DNA of 63,759 nucleotides, counting the filler, from Dirinaria sp. TL-2023a (lineage: Eukaryota), in assembly GCA_051941275.1 (NCBI GenBank). It is 13 parts of 13 records of this genome, joined end to end, with 100 filler letters (N's around TTAATTAATTAA, not from the genome) between each part and the next. Parts side by side here need not be neighbours in the genome. Positions count along the whole stretch, not along the records: positions 34,466 to 39,268 come from JAVEBF010001769.1; positions 39,369 to 44,170 come from JAVEBF010001770.1; positions 44,271 to 49,072 come from JAVEBF010001771.1; 10 more parts are not named here. The stretch is one strand, 5' to 3'. Below the pieces are notes generated by a model. That model had not been told where the DNA came from, searched no databases, and was given only the letters and a program-made list of their open reading frames with translations. Each line of letters starts with the position of its first letter. Position 1 is the stretch's first letter. Position numbers and translations under genes: made by a program. Below are positions 35,418 to 49,172 of the stretch, one piece after another.

Positions 35418-36552
35418 AGAGCGAGTACGAGTCACCGAGTGAGGAGTAGGTAACTACGGTAGCGAGGGTAAGGTTGGCTTCAATGGCTTGACTGGACTTG
35501 AAGAAGAAGCGGCGGTGGAGCTAAGCTCGAAAGACGGTGAGTGACTTGCTGGAGTGGTCTGGTGCCGGTCTGTAGGGACAAGTGAAAACATGGGGAGGAT
35601 GTGGGATGATGGAGCGACAAACTGGGATGCGTCGGGAATGCGCGTACCTGCGAGCCCCATGATTGGTCGGTGGGCAGGAATGAGGCGTGCACAGAGTTGC
35701 GACTGCAGGTGACCCACAGCTTTTAGACAGGGGACCAGCGGGAACCATTAACAGCCGTTTCCCTCTTAGCCTCCCTTGGCCCTCTCCCGCTCAACGCCTT
35801 TTCCAGCATCATCCGAGCTCAGTAGCTCACAGATTCCCTGATTACTTTCGATCTGGATCCAAATTCTTCCTCGATCCCGGTACCCATCACTTCCCATGAT
35901 TCCCAGCCTGTGTATTAATGTTTAGCGCTGGTATGCCTGGCAAGTCCGACCATTTTCACCGTCAAAACAGAGCAAGCGAGCCAAGACAGCAGTCATAGCA
36001 GGAACCTTCCTTCTGTCGATCTCCGATTCTACTGTATGTATGTACAGTAGGGGACTCTTGCATGCGTCCGCTCCGGCGCCGCATGCAACTAAGTGCTTCT
36101 GACGATATCAAACGCGCAGTGGCTTAGCAGCTAAGATGCAATCTCAACCTGACAGCCTCAGATCAAGCTGGAATGGCTGCACCTGAGTCGCCAAACACCG
36201 TGGACCGAGAGCAACAAGTTCTGAATGCCCCTGGGTCGCTGGGCCATCATGATATTATCAATCTCAAAGACGTGAAGCTCGAATGTATACGAAGAGATAG
36301 TGCTGGCCAACTAAACAAGCCTTGTGTGCATAAGGTAGATACTTTATTGTCGGAGTGATGTAAATAGCCAAGGGACTCGGACGAGGGGTAGCGGTTGGAT
36401 GTTCGGGGAAATTGTCGGAACGATACCTAGTGTGCGCACACAGAAGCTTGGCACTCAAACTCTGCACACCACACTCGCTGTCAACAAAGGTGTTTACGGA
36501 CTACACTATCGATTCCGTGTCACTGTAGAAAATAACCCTCAGGTTATTCAAG

Positions 36553-37973
36553 ATGACAAAATTGACATCTGCATTTGATCTGGCAACTTGTGCAAGGCCA
36601 AATATCATAGCATTGCAGCCATATAGATGCGCTCGAGAGTGAATATCAATGCTCCCACCCCGATTCGGCAGTCGCTGATGATCTAGTGACTACCAAGATG
36701 ATGGCTCAAATATTCTGCTCGACGCAAATGAGAACGCGTATGGCCCAGGCTTAGATTTACGTCCTGACGGCTTCCTGCCTACCGAAATAGTCAATGGTTA
36801 TGGCGTTCCTCGCAAATCCGAGCTGGATCTGCTCGGCTTGCACAGGTATCCGGATCCGTAGGTCGTGTCTCGGTGCCTTTCTCGTTCGTGTTCGTCTGAT
36901 TGAGTAGGCGGCAGATCGAATTGAAGCAGAAGCTCTGCAATCTCCGGAACACGAAAACGCATACGCCCAAATCGCTGAAACCAGACAATTTATTCGTTGG
37001 CGTCGGGTCTGACGAGGCTATTGATGCTCTTCTACGCTGTTTTTGCGCGCCTGGCCGAGAGAAAATCCTGACATGTCCACCGACATATGGAATGTACGCC
37101 GTGAGCGCGCAAGTCAATGACATTGAAATAGTTAAAGTCCCCCTGAATGTCGAAGATGGGTTTTCGTTGCGACCAGACGCGATCAACGAGGCCCTTTCGA
37201 ACGACCCCAAAATCAAACTTGTGTATATATGCTCTCCGGGGAACCCTACGGCTAGACTGATACGTAAGTCGGACGTACAGAAAGTGCTGGAACATCCAAC
37301 GTGGAACGGAGTCGTCGTCTTGGATGAAGCCTACATTGACTTTGCTCCTACTGGATCGAGCCTTGCCGAATGGGTCACCGAATGGCCCAACCTCGTAGTG
37401 ATGCAGACCCTCAGTAAAGCCTTCGGTCTGGCTGGTATCCGACTAGGGGTAGCCTTCACGTCGCCTGGTATTGCGCAGCTGCTCAACAACTTCAAAGCGC
37501 CTTACAATATTTCTAGTCCTACCAGCGCGCTTGCTGGTCTGGCTTTACAGCCGGAACATTTGGCAGTCATGGAACGCAACCGTGCAAACATATTGCGACA
37601 GAGAGACCGCCTGATGCAAGAGCTGCCTCAAATATCAGGGGTGGGCAGATTCTTGGGTGGAGCAGATTCTAATTTTTTGCTTGTAGAAATCCTGGATCGA
37701 TCCAGGAGCAGGGGTGGCAAGCCGAGCAATGAGGTTGCAATGGCATTGTATGAGGGTCTGGCCGAGTCACAGGGGGTCATCGTACGGTTCAGAGGGAAAG
37801 AACTTGGATGTCAAGGCTGTCTTCGAGTCACGGTCGGTACAGCACAAGAAGTGGATAAATTTCTTCGAGACACCGCCAGTGTATTGAAAGGACTACTTCA
37901 GGATAGTGGCGAGGTCGACCCAGCACGAAGCAAGGATAGCAGAGAGCGAGAAGCGAACGACGTTGTAGCATAA
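36553..37973 (+). CDS. HIS5: Histidinol-phosphate aminotransferase; introns 36639-36686 and 36858-36907
   Basis: LQPYRCARD, LLDANEN, RYPDP, GVGSDEAID, PPTYGMY, CSPGNPT, DEAYIDF, PLP-lysine motif TLSKAFGLAGIRLG, and LRVTVGT. Confidence 0.97.
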
Positions 37974-38890
37974 ATACATTAGTAGAAAGACTGCTGCCAT
38001 TTTGGTGACGTTATTTGATATGATTCTAGCACTTACATTTACTAGTAGTTACATGATCCGATTACTCTGACACGGCGTCCAACATGTTAGCATGTTGGCC
38101 CTTGGATCTAAGGTATTCATGACAGATGGTTAGCCGCGGAAGGTACCATAGATAGCTGTTCACTAGCGTAGAGCTTCCGGTTGGGCATCACTAGGTAAAG
38201 TAACGTATTCTATCATACCTGTTCGAGCTGTTTTAGGCGCATCCCACCAATGGCCATCTGACAATTCACGCCTGCATGACCTCTCACTTTATCCACTTAT
38301 CACATTATTGCTTTGCCTCTACAATCATTTGCTGATTTCGCCGAGCTCTTGTAGTCGTTCTTTGCTTTTCGTCACTCACTCCATAACCCGGTCTCGCGCT
38401 CTCCCTCTCATCAGCAGCCGGACACCCTCACTCACCCACTGCAGGACCCCTCCCTCCAAACCCTCTTCACCGGTTTCGCATCAGTATTGCCTAAAGCTGC
38501 TGCAACGTAGCAAAGCCAATATTGTTTCGATATCCCTGGTACTCCTCCAGACTGACGCAGGTACAACAAGTCCTCGAAAGCCACCAGGTCATCGCCCCGC
38601 TTCAGTCGCTGTGACCGGTTTTCACGGTCACGATTGCCGAGCTTTCGCTCAGTTCGTGCTACATATTCGCCGATACCTACCACCCGTTCTATCTGCCTCA
38701 TATCAATACCTTTGAAGCGGCGGGAAACGGTACGCTGCCCACATATGCTTGTACGCCTTGGCAACCAACCACGTAGGATTTCACGGGCATAGCATAGTCG
38801 CAGCCATAAGCGTCCCTAGTATGGCCTTATACCTCCGTATCGCCACCGAAGACTAGCCCAGTTCCTCGTCAACTGTTCTTCACCGTCAGC

Positions 38891-39268
38891 ATGGTGAAGG
38901 CTGATCCTCGCCATGATTATTACGCGGACCTCGATTGCCAGCCGGGGGCGACCGCGGATGAGATAAAAAAGCAGTTCAAGAAGCTCGGTGAGCAGAGCGT
39001 TGTCGTGCCTCCAAGTATGATTTTTCTGATATTTGTGTGCTGCAGCACTTAAATACCACCCTGATCGAAATCCCGGGAAAGAGCTTGAGTTCAACTCCAA
39101 GTTCCAAGAAATCCAGTCAGCGAATGAGATCCTCACGGATACCGCGCAGCGTGCCAAATATGATGCAGACCGTATTCGATCAGGCCTATTCCACACCTAT
39201 GCGTCGCCCACACGACCCAACATGCCTCCCCGTTCCCCCGCAACAAATTACCCACCACCTCCTCCAAG
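38891..39268 (+). CDS. DnaJ/Hsp40 J-domain protein, partial (intron ~38988-39044)
   Basis: DYYADL...DEIKKQFKKL/ALKYHPDRNPG...KFQEIQSANEILTD...RAKYD with the HPD motif. Truncated by the contig end. Confidence 0.92.
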
Positions 39269-39908
39269 NNNNNNNNNNNNNNNNNNNNNNNNNNNNNNNN
39301 NNNNNNNNNNNNTTAATTAATTAANNNNNNNNNNNNNNNNNNNNNNNNNNNNNNNNNNNNNNNNNNNNACCTTGGGGAACTGGTAGCGGCGCAATGAGAT
39401 CTCACCGGTTGCCAACCAATTTTCGTGAAGCCGGTCGATTTGTTGGCAGCGGCCGTTCCAAGTCGATCTAGGCCTTAATCAACAAGCGGCATCCATGTTT
39501 GGCGAGGTGATCACAACTCTTGCCCGCTGGCTGACGCTACTGTGTTATTCCCAAAGCACAAGCGCAACTTCCCACAGCATCAATTGTGTGACACAATTGC
39601 CCAGTTCGGGTGAAAAGCTTCGAAAAATAGAACAATCAACTAGCCAACCTGTTGCCTCGTCTTGGGAATATGCAACCTCGCACGCCACATACGCATCGAC
39701 TTCTACCGAACGGCTTGAGTCGCATGCGAACTGATTTCTCCGCAGCACGCCTGATTGCCTCCTTGTGTGTTGGCATACGTTCCTCCAATACTTGTTATCA
39801 CATCACCTAGCACCCCCGCACCCGGACGTCGATTACACGAAGTCCTACGCGCTGAGCACGTCACTGTACCGCCGGAATACAGAGGCCAGAGAAACGATGG
39901 ATCGAGAT

Positions 39909-40092
39909 CCCACACACTCCATCAACAACCCTGTCTGCATGAGGGAATTATCGAGACGGAATGGAGACGTTCCATGCACTGGGCATGTCGCTGGACCGAT
40001 GGAGTACCAAAGCTAGGACAGCTACTGGCCAAAAACCCACACACTCCATCAACAACCCTGTCGACATAGGGGAATCCCGAGGACGGAATGGA
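39909..40092 (+). repeat. Direct repeat of ~57 bp, two copies (39909-39965 and 40036-40092)
   Basis: The first 27 bp (CCCACACACTCCATCAACAACCCTGTC) are identical and both copies end GACGGAATGGA. Confidence 0.9.
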
Positions 40093-40503
40093 ACCTCTGC
40101 CGTCCAAGGACGGGGAATTCCCTATGGGAGTTGGTGGGAGTGTATTAAACAATGGGACTAGTATGTACGTGCAGAAATACCCGTGACTGTTGAAACTCGA
40201 GTTGATAAGAGTAGATAGATACCCCACTACTACCTTCTCGGACTTCAATCACCGTTGCTTCGTAGCAGGACAGTCATTGTTCGGACCCGCTGGCCAACCT
40301 CCATCTATGGTACCCCCTGTCTCCATATCCGTGCGTCTGGAGATCTAGTATCAAGCAAATAGCTTGAAATAGCTCATCGTGTGAGCATAAGTATCCATAC
40401 CTTATGTTCCGAAAGAAACCTCAGCACACCGCTTCAAGGGTACCTTGCGCGTAAGTTTTTGAATACGCGTGTAGTATCAGCGACGCTGATCACAGCCCAT
40501 GCA

Positions 40504-43500
40504 GTCTACGAGACTATCTCAGTAAGCGTGGCACCAAATTGGGTGGTCGTCGATTATCTGAACAGGATCGTGAAATTGCCTTCCTTCACTGGGTAGCGTA
40601 TGTGATGGATCTACCGCCTCAAGTCCAGATTGGTCATTTGGTCTGTCCGCTGCGTCAATGCGGTCGGTGCGGTTTCAAAGACATGAAGTCTTTTTTGGAC
40701 CATGTCGCCAATTGCGAATGGCTCTCAGATACAGACTACTGGTGTCCCGGCCACCGCCAATTTGAGCACTTTGGACTGCATGAAAAAGACTCGAAATTGA
40801 AGAGAGCTTACGAATTTTTCAAATCCTTTGGCTGCATTAACCGCAGGGATTCTTCAGATGATAGAATATATGCGGGAAAGCCGGAAAACAATGTGACTTA
40901 CCTAAACAAGCGTAACCTCTCTGATGTACATGAAAAGCCCGAGATGGAGGCTCACGCAACGAGAACTCAAGAGCTCGAAGGCACATTGTTATCCAAGAGG
41001 AAAAGTAGCCTCGCTTCGAGATCGGAGATGCCCGCAATGAAAACCAATTCGGTGTTTAAGCTATACGCCTCGCGGCCCAGAACCATGGCCTCCGAACCGC
41101 CGTCTTATTCGAGGGTTGAGATGCCCGCAATGAAACCCGACTTCTTATATGGCAGCACCGATTGGCATTCTTCGCCTTTGCAGACGGATCGATCTCAAAG
41201 CAGTTACACCATCGCGCAGCACCTCGCAAACACGGCATCTGACGGATCCAGGGTGTATATGACAAATGCCGGAAGTAGTAAAATGGAATGGGATCGTGCC
41301 ATTATACAGGAGCTTCGTCTCAGCACCCAAACAATGGGCCCTTTCGAGATCGGCCATACAGAGCATAGTACTCACAGCGGTTGCCTGGTCGATGCAGAAC
41401 CTCTCGAACATTCACAAGCTTATGCGCCTACCCAAGTACAAGGATCAATATCTCAAGGCTCTGCTAACGTAACACCGAACGAGAGGAGTCTCATACTAGA
41501 TCGTGACATTCCTTCGGTCGAAAACCTCACCTCGCCAATCTCTCCTACTTCCACGCAGTGTGCTAATCATTATTCGCCGGCGACAGTCAGCCCTCTCATA
41601 TCCCCAACCAATCGTGTTAATCCCAGTCAGCCCACTTGGGAATCCCAATCCTGGAATACATCGACACAATGCTCCCCTGATCGCAACGACATAGCGCAAG
41701 GCGAAAACTGTTCGCATGGGCAGAATGCCGCCGTATGCACGAGCGTTGAATCGGGCATAGATAACAACGAACAGACCTCTGTCGTTTCGAATATTTCAAT
41801 GCGCTCACAATCACCTGGAGATATTGAGCAGTGCTTGCCTAGCGTGAATCCGTCCGAGGATGTCTACGTCTCACAAGGGCACCGAATATCTTCTGACGAG
41901 CCATCGGAGATCTACGCTGCCGGTGGCGAAATGCCAACAACTGAAGTCTGTCCACAGCAAGGTGCGGACCTATCTAAACGTTGCGCTCTCAGCACCCGGC
42001 AATACGTAGAGAAACTTGATCAGCTAATGCGCATGTTGGACAAGCTATGGCAAGAAAAATTAGAGGACTGGCCAGAGCTCTGGATCCTCTCAGATGGCAT
42101 AAGATCTGGATCCCCCTTCGAGGCAAGGCTTGAAATATTGCGGCAATGTTTGACTGGCAATTTCCCGTCGGAAATCCAGTATTTATTCCCCTTGATGCAC
42201 CTTGCGTATGCATGTGCTTACATGTGCCACTGCGATGATGCGTCATATAATTGGGACAGTTTCTATAAGAATGTCCTACAATGGGCTAGCCTGATATCGG
42301 ATAGGCAGGATCAGTACCGTTTTCGTAAGATAGCAGATATCTTATGGTCGACCCCACGTACGTTTTTGGATTTTGGGACCCAGCTGCAATCGACAATTTT
42401 CGATCAGACGCCCCAGTCGAGCCAAGCGAGACCTGCTAGGCTTGACATTCGAGACTCCTGGGTCGTACCGAACGCCAGGGACACATTAACTGGAGATATC
42501 CACCCAGATATTAGACATGGAGTTGTTTTAGAAACCTGCGCAATGTTCTTAGATGGTAAGTCTAAGCCTTCCACTATGCGCCTGTTCGTATTTTTCTCCA
42601 TACTAGGGACGATTCATACCTGTAGTGATGAATCACTTACTCTCCTTTGTACAACAGCCGGTATGACTAGTTGCAGTATCATGCCATGCACCGCATTGAC
42701 TTCGCCGTGCCGGATAATGGGATTGTTGTGCTAATTCAATGTACAGGCTTCGCTTACTCCAGAATTCTTGAGAGACTCAATACTGTCGAACCAGATGGCC
42801 TTAATAGTACTCCTCTTCGCTCCATCGTGCCCGCTTCGGTGGTGTTAATGGTGATTGTTCCACTGTTGCAACAGTCTCGATATAGCGATTTCCATTCTAC
42901 TGTCGAGAATACCTGGACCGCCTTGGACGCTGGAAAATTGCATAATATTCGTGAAGTCGAACTATTTCTATCCGCTCATGGCCTGGTCAGTCATTTTTGC
43001 CCTGTTATCCTTGCTTGCGAAACTAAAGCTTGCAGCACTCTTGTGATTCTGGTCAAGCATGTACGAGATACCGTAACGAGGTCACCCTTCGATGCCAACA
43101 AGCTGGACGTTTCGAGGACTTGATGTTGCGGCATCACTATTATCTTTCACAAGTCGAGCGTTTACAAGAATTATGGAACGAGTTTGACAAGAAGCGACAG
43201 GGTGATTTCGAACATACGCCGTTGCTTGATCGATATAGCCAAGTTCAATCGTTCCCCAACAAGGCACAGGCTTTCTGTGCTGAACCTACATCAGCGATCT
43301 CGGACGGGACCTCTTCAATTGGTACTACTCTTGGATCAATCTCGTGCTCGTTAATCCCAATGAGCACGAACACTTCGAGTCAAGGCACACTTCTGACGAG
43401 CTCTTCCAACTCTTCCTCAGCCACGAGCACACCATCGTCATTGCCTTCCCCGGACCGTTTGCAAATTCATATGGGTGCGACGGCTCAAGGAGTGACATAT

Positions 43501-43734
43501 TGCGGCATTTGCCACCAGCCATTTACAGGGAAATTGCAGAACAGGCTGTCTAACGTTAGGCGTCATCTGCGGCATATCCATCATGAAGGAGAACCGCTCG
43601 TCTGTTCCGAACCCGGGTGTGATGAAACGTTTGGACGTAAAGATATTCTACGCTTACATCGCAACAAAGCTCATAATATCGAATCTCCTGTTAGAGAAAC
43701 CGGCTCCAAACGTCAGCGAAGATTGTCCAAGTAG
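40504..43734 (+). CDS. Large C2H2 zinc-finger protein (start exon uncertain; introns 42556-42746 and 42986-43035)
   Basis: C-terminal fingers CGICHQPF...RRHLRHIH and CSEPGCDETFGRKDILRLHRNKAH. N-terminal Cys/His cluster CPLRQC...HVANC...YWCP. Splice sites keep the frame. Confidence 0.8.
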
Positions 43735-45132
43735 AAAGCTAGACTTCAGGTCAACTACGTCTTACTTATAGTTGCTTGCAGCTAGTAACCTATATAGTTT
43801 TCAAGCCCCTTGGTAACGAGAGCTTCTTCATTCAAGGCATGTTGCGGAATTGATTGAGCCTCTCATGGAGATAAGATTTTGATTGGGTGGAGGGAATCAC
43901 TGCCTGTGCACATTGGATGAGACGAAGCGATGGTGTGGTCGCGGGTTCCTCAAAACCTAAATGCTCTCGAATTGTACTCATTCCCCAATCCAAAGGGTGT
44001 TCTGATTTCTATTAAAATGGCAATCGTATAATATGCTAGTTGGTGTCTCCTAAGCAGGAAGCTACGATTGTATGGATTATTACATCCGCCCATCGCATCA
44101 TATCCATCAGACCAGACAGCTCGACTCCACTCCTTACTTTGAATCCGCCATACATTAGCGAGTATATCACNNNNNNNNNNNNNNNNNNNNNNNNNNNNNN
44201 NNNNNNNNNNNNNNTTAATTAATTAANNNNNNNNNNNNNNNNNNNNNNNNNNNNNNNNNNNNNNNNNNNNATATTACGCAACGACGCTCATATTTGCTTC
44301 GTGAGCACCCTTTTTTTCGAGTACCTAAACCTCCCAAATTGAGCGCAATTTTCCAAATTGTACGCGATTGTCGTTCATAGAGGCAACAACTGCGCCCGCG
44401 TTCATGTTCCAACAAGGATGTCCGACCAGCTGGAGATGACATGGCTCCTGGCTATCTGAACGCGCCTGATTGGCGTTCGTTTGAAGGCGATTGACAAGCA
44501 AAGATTTCAAATGTAACAAAAATGTGCGGTACTCGTACCTTCCACATAAGCGCCCATTGACAGTAATTTTGGGTTCATGTTCCTTAGTTCACTGACCTCC
44601 CAACCTGCAGATGTGCGTGTTTTGCTGATGAGATACACAGCAAAGAGCGGTATGAAGGGCAGGCTGGCCTTTGTTTAGGAGGTTTCCAATATAGATGGAA
44701 AACGAATTCATTGAATGAGGGCTGTTTGCCCGAACATCGCGACCATTCAAGACCTCGGTCAACCACGGGGCCCCCGATTAATGATTATCCGGATTACAAG
44801 CTTCTACGCCCTAACATTATCCGGTCACTAAAGTATATATTCGATGGAGTGGCTCTCAAACGTACCAAAATGGAGAGTTAAAACGAGGCGCTTGGAAAAT
44901 TACCTACAGTGTGTACCTGTACTTCCGCCCTCTCTCGGGTGCCGACTGGCTTTACCTCATGCACGGATAGCGCGACACTTGCCAAGACTCGATCGTCGAG
45001 ATAAAGAGGTCCGGAGACCGGAGTCGAGTCAAGTTGATTGAAGGAAAGGTGTCGGGCGTTTACTCTTGCGATCCAGAATTAATTGGTAGTTCGCCCGCTA
45101 AGCCAGCTTACCGTAATTACAGTATCTTACCT

Positions 45133-45296
45133 TACTCGTATTCACCTACTTTCTTGGTTCACCTACCTTACTTTCTTGGTAGGGTTAGGGTTATCTCCCA
45201 CCAGAATTCTTCCAACCCTACCTTACCTTTCTTAGGGTTATGGGGTTCTCAGTGTAGTAACCCTAACCCTACCAAGAAAGTAGGTGAATACGAGTA
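45133..45296. mobile_element. MITE, 164 bp including terminal TA, Tc1/mariner-pogo-like ends
   Basis: Perfect 26-bp inverted repeats TACTCGTATTCACCTACTTTCTTGGT / ACCAAGAAAGTAGGTGAATACGAGTA. A related copy lies on another contig at 1771. Confidence 0.85.
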
Positions 45297-46145
45297 CCTA
45301 ATCAGGGTCCGCTCCCTAAATCAACCCTGTCGTAGAGTAATTGCGCTGATGCATAAGAAGAGAAGACAGCACCTACTTTTGAGGTGATGTAATACATACA
45401 TGGATTCCAGACTGTTGCCTTCTTAAGTATAATTACACGGTCTATCTTGCTGCACTTGCATTGAGCCTGCTTTGAGAATCGCTATGACCCAGCTGCGTTA
45501 GAGAGACCCTTACCTGGCACATTTCCAGAGCGACTTGAACTTCTACACTCCATCAATGATAAAGTACAATTCATCCTTTCTGGCCCCTATCAGGAGCCTC
45601 ACACAAAACTTCTGGGAAGCGGCATGACGATCGGTTGATGAGCCCCGCAGTTGTTCAGCCAGCCTCATCGCAAGCCACGTCCGCTTTTGACAACCTACGG
45701 CGCTTGACACGGACATCTTGCGCAGATCTATACTGAGGTAGTGGTTCTCCTACCTTTCTGCAGCATGTATCACACCCTGACGGTGATATGGACCCACCTT
45801 AGATCTCCATAACAGACGTTTGGAAATGCAGCTAGGAAATTCTTTTCACAATTTAGACTACATTCTGGTTGATCGGCGAGCTCTATACTGTCACGAAGCC
45901 TGTTAAACTGTGCAGCGACCCACTACTTTGAACTCCTTGCCATCCCGGTGGACTGTGACAGGTTACGACCTAGCGGGACGAGCGAGGGGGTCCTAAACAA
46001 GGGATGGCCTCCTTCTCTGCAAGGAGAGCCTTCATAAACGAAGGCGCTGCTATCTATAAGATCGTGTGAACCTCCATTGATCTCCACTTCCTGAACTTTG
46101 AAGCTTTCCAATCTGTCTTCAAGGTTTATTAGCTTTGTGAAAAAA

Positions 46146-48765
46146 ATGTCTGCAACAACAACCACGACCTTAACCAACACCAGGCCTCAGGACATCCAGT
46201 CATGGAAGTCTCTCTTTGCCAAGCGTTTAGCGGCGAAAAAAATCACAGAGGAATTCGATTACTTCGACAGAAATAAGAGTGTCATTAGTCCACCTGATCT
46301 CCTCAAAGACAAAACGAAGCTCAACGGCAAAGTGTGTATCGTTGGAGCCGGAATGTCAGGTAAGTCGCCTGCATCTATCTCAAGAAGAATGCTTAGCATT
46401 CTATCATAGGCTTGTACATTGCCATGATCTTGGACACTCTGAACATCCCGGGTCTCTCGTACGAGATCCTCGAGGCAGATAATCGTGTAGGAGGCCGTGT
46501 CTACACCTATAAGTTCTCTGATGACCCTGATCTAAAACACGATTACTACGATGTTGGAGCGATGCGATTCCCTCGCATTCCAATTATGGAGAAGTAGGAT
46601 AATGGGGTCGCTAAAGAGCGATAGCAGGACCTTTGTAACTGACGACAACGATTAGAACTTTTGCACTGTTTTACTACCTCAAAATGCCTTTAATCGACTA
46701 CTTCCTTGAAGGGCCCAAGCAACCAAGCAGGTACAACGATATTACGGTCATCGGCCCAGATCCCTTGAAGCCTTGGACGCCTCCCGTAGATCTTGAAAAT
46801 GAAGATGAATCACACTATGTGGATGAGTTCCATGTGTCGACAAAAAACGGCGGATCCATCATGCCAGAGTAAGCTTCCGATCCTACACCTACAGCTGTCG
46901 GGCCTTTGGTGTGTCAGTCTGGTCATGGATCGCTGACACAATGAGCGGAACAGGCTCGTCAATTGTCCGGATAGATATGTCACGGAAGCCTTCGAACCTT
47001 TCAAGAAGCGACTGCGTAAGAACTGGGTGAAAGGTTTTCAGGCGCTGATGAAGTACGACGAGTTTTCCGTCCGCGGCTACATGATGAGCCACGGAATTAC
47101 ACCTTTGTAGGCAAACGCCCGAGTCAAACGTCAATACGACGCTAATTTTCTTGCAGAGATGATTATTACTCGATACAGTTAGTCCTCTCTAAGCACCACC
47201 TTTGATGTGTCTATTCAGATCTACTTTGCAAAGCGCTCGTGGAGGATAGCATCCCTAAAGAAGCTTCGTACCTTTTCCCCCTGCTTTTAGACGCATTGCT
47301 GATCTTAGGACTGAGAATAGGTGGTTGGAGACATTGACAGAGTAAGACTGCATTTATCGTGCCGAGCCCAAGCACGCGCAGCTGATCCTATCTTTTAGTG
47401 GGAGTGGTCTTTACGATCAGGGTTTCTCTGAGGGAGTAATCGACAGCATGGACTTCGACTACTATACGTACTACCTTCATGGCGGTGATAAGAAGGTTGA
47501 GTGGTATTGCATTGATGGTGGAACCGCCCTCCTACCTCAAGCAATGCAAGATAAACTAGGAGAAAACTTTTCTAGCAAGGTGGGCCTTAATCAGCGTGTC
47601 AAGTCGATCGCACTACAGCGAGATGACCCGCCGACTTCGGCCACGAAAATGCCTGGCTCTAGCGCAATCAAGATCAGAGTGAACGAGGAAAAAGAGCCCA
47701 GGAAGTACGCAGCGGTTTTTAATACTACCACTCTAGCCTGCCTGCAGCGTATCGATCTTACGGGACTCGAGCTCCTCTACGAGCAGAAGGATGCTATCCG
47801 TTCTCTACACTACGATACCGCGTCCAAGGTTGGAATGAAGTTCCAAACGAATTGGTGGAAGAAGTACGGAATCAACAAGGGTGGCTTGGGAAAGACCGAC
47901 ATGCCGTTGAGAACCTGGTATACTGGACCCTGTTGATGGCGATGCTGATGGCTTTCGGAGTTCAGCGCTAACAAAGATCCAGTGTCTATCCATCCTACAA
48001 CATCCACGACCGAGAGGGTCCCTATGTCCTTCTTGTTTCCTATTGCGTCAGTCCCTGACACACAGTATCGTTTCTTCGCTCTATACTAACGTATTCCAGT
48101 GGGCCCAAGACGCCGCTAGGCTGAGTTCTCTTATGGTCAAAGGAGAACCCGAGAAAGAGATCGAACTCAAGGAAATGCTTATTCACAACCTGACCTGGCT
48201 TCATCTGGAGAACGCAAAGGCATGGGCTAAGGACCACGATAAGAAGATGGACTTCGACATACTCCATGATGAGATTGCCAATTCGTACATTACTCACCAT
48301 GTAAGTTCACCTTTTAGTCACTTTGTATCTACCCGTTGACGCTCGAAGGCCTTCAATTGGCACGACGACCCTTTCACTTCAGGCGCATACGCCAAATTCG
48401 CCCCGGGCCAGTTCCAGAACCTGTATCCCGCACTATCTTGTCCTACAGCAGACGACCGCTTCTTCTTCGTTGGCGAGGCAGTCAGTGCGCATCACGGCTG
48501 GATCGTGGGGGCATTGGACAGCGCCCACATGGCCGTCATCCGCTTCCTCAAGAGCTTCGGTCTCTTCGAGGAATTCGGTCACAGGGTAGCTGATCCCAAC
48601 AATGAGGACTATATCCAATGGCTCGGTCCGCTGCCTGACGAATATTCTCCGGAAACGGTGGAGAAACAGGTCAGCCTCGGACAGCTGCAGCCGGACGAGC
48701 GGATGGCGGCTAGAGTAGCGGTGGAGAAAGCTAAGACGGGAGCGGAAGTCAGGATCGAATCTTGA
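46146..48765 (+). CDS. Flavin-containing amine oxidase / L-amino-acid oxidase family (multi-exon, with two 21-nt micro-exons)
   Basis: FAD-binding KVCIVGAGMSGL, EADNRVGGRVYT, YDVGAMRFP, IDGGT, SKVGMKF, GAYAKFAPGQF and FVGEAVSAHHGWIVGALDSA. Confidence 0.93.
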
Positions 48766-49172
48766 ATCTCCGAGGCGGGGGTCAGACAGATAGGATCGAG
48801 TACCCGTACGCGTACAAGGATGGAAAATCAACTCGCCCTTTTTGTTGGAGATTCGATTCCTAGTCCTTCGCTTTTGTAATAGCACTTACACCGATCTCAT
48901 CTCAAACCCCACCTGCAATCTTCATTCAGTGCATTTTCTACTCCTATAGAGTCCTCGGACCCGCTAAACGAGAATAGATGATAGATAGAAAAGCAGCCAA
49001 CACCACCATTTTTCAATCCGGTTATATATATTTATATATACCAGAGACTTCCTCCCCCCCCCCTTCCCCCCCNNNNNNNNNNNNNNNNNNNNNNNNNNNN
49101 NNNNNNNNNNNNNNNNTTAATTAATTAANNNNNNNNNNNNNNNNNNNNNNNNNNNNNNNNNNNNNNNNNNNN

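Noticed and set aside
36184..36190. Gcn4/CpcA site upstream of HIS5
   Set aside because: Only TGAGTCG, a 6/7 match to TGASTCA; expected by chance.
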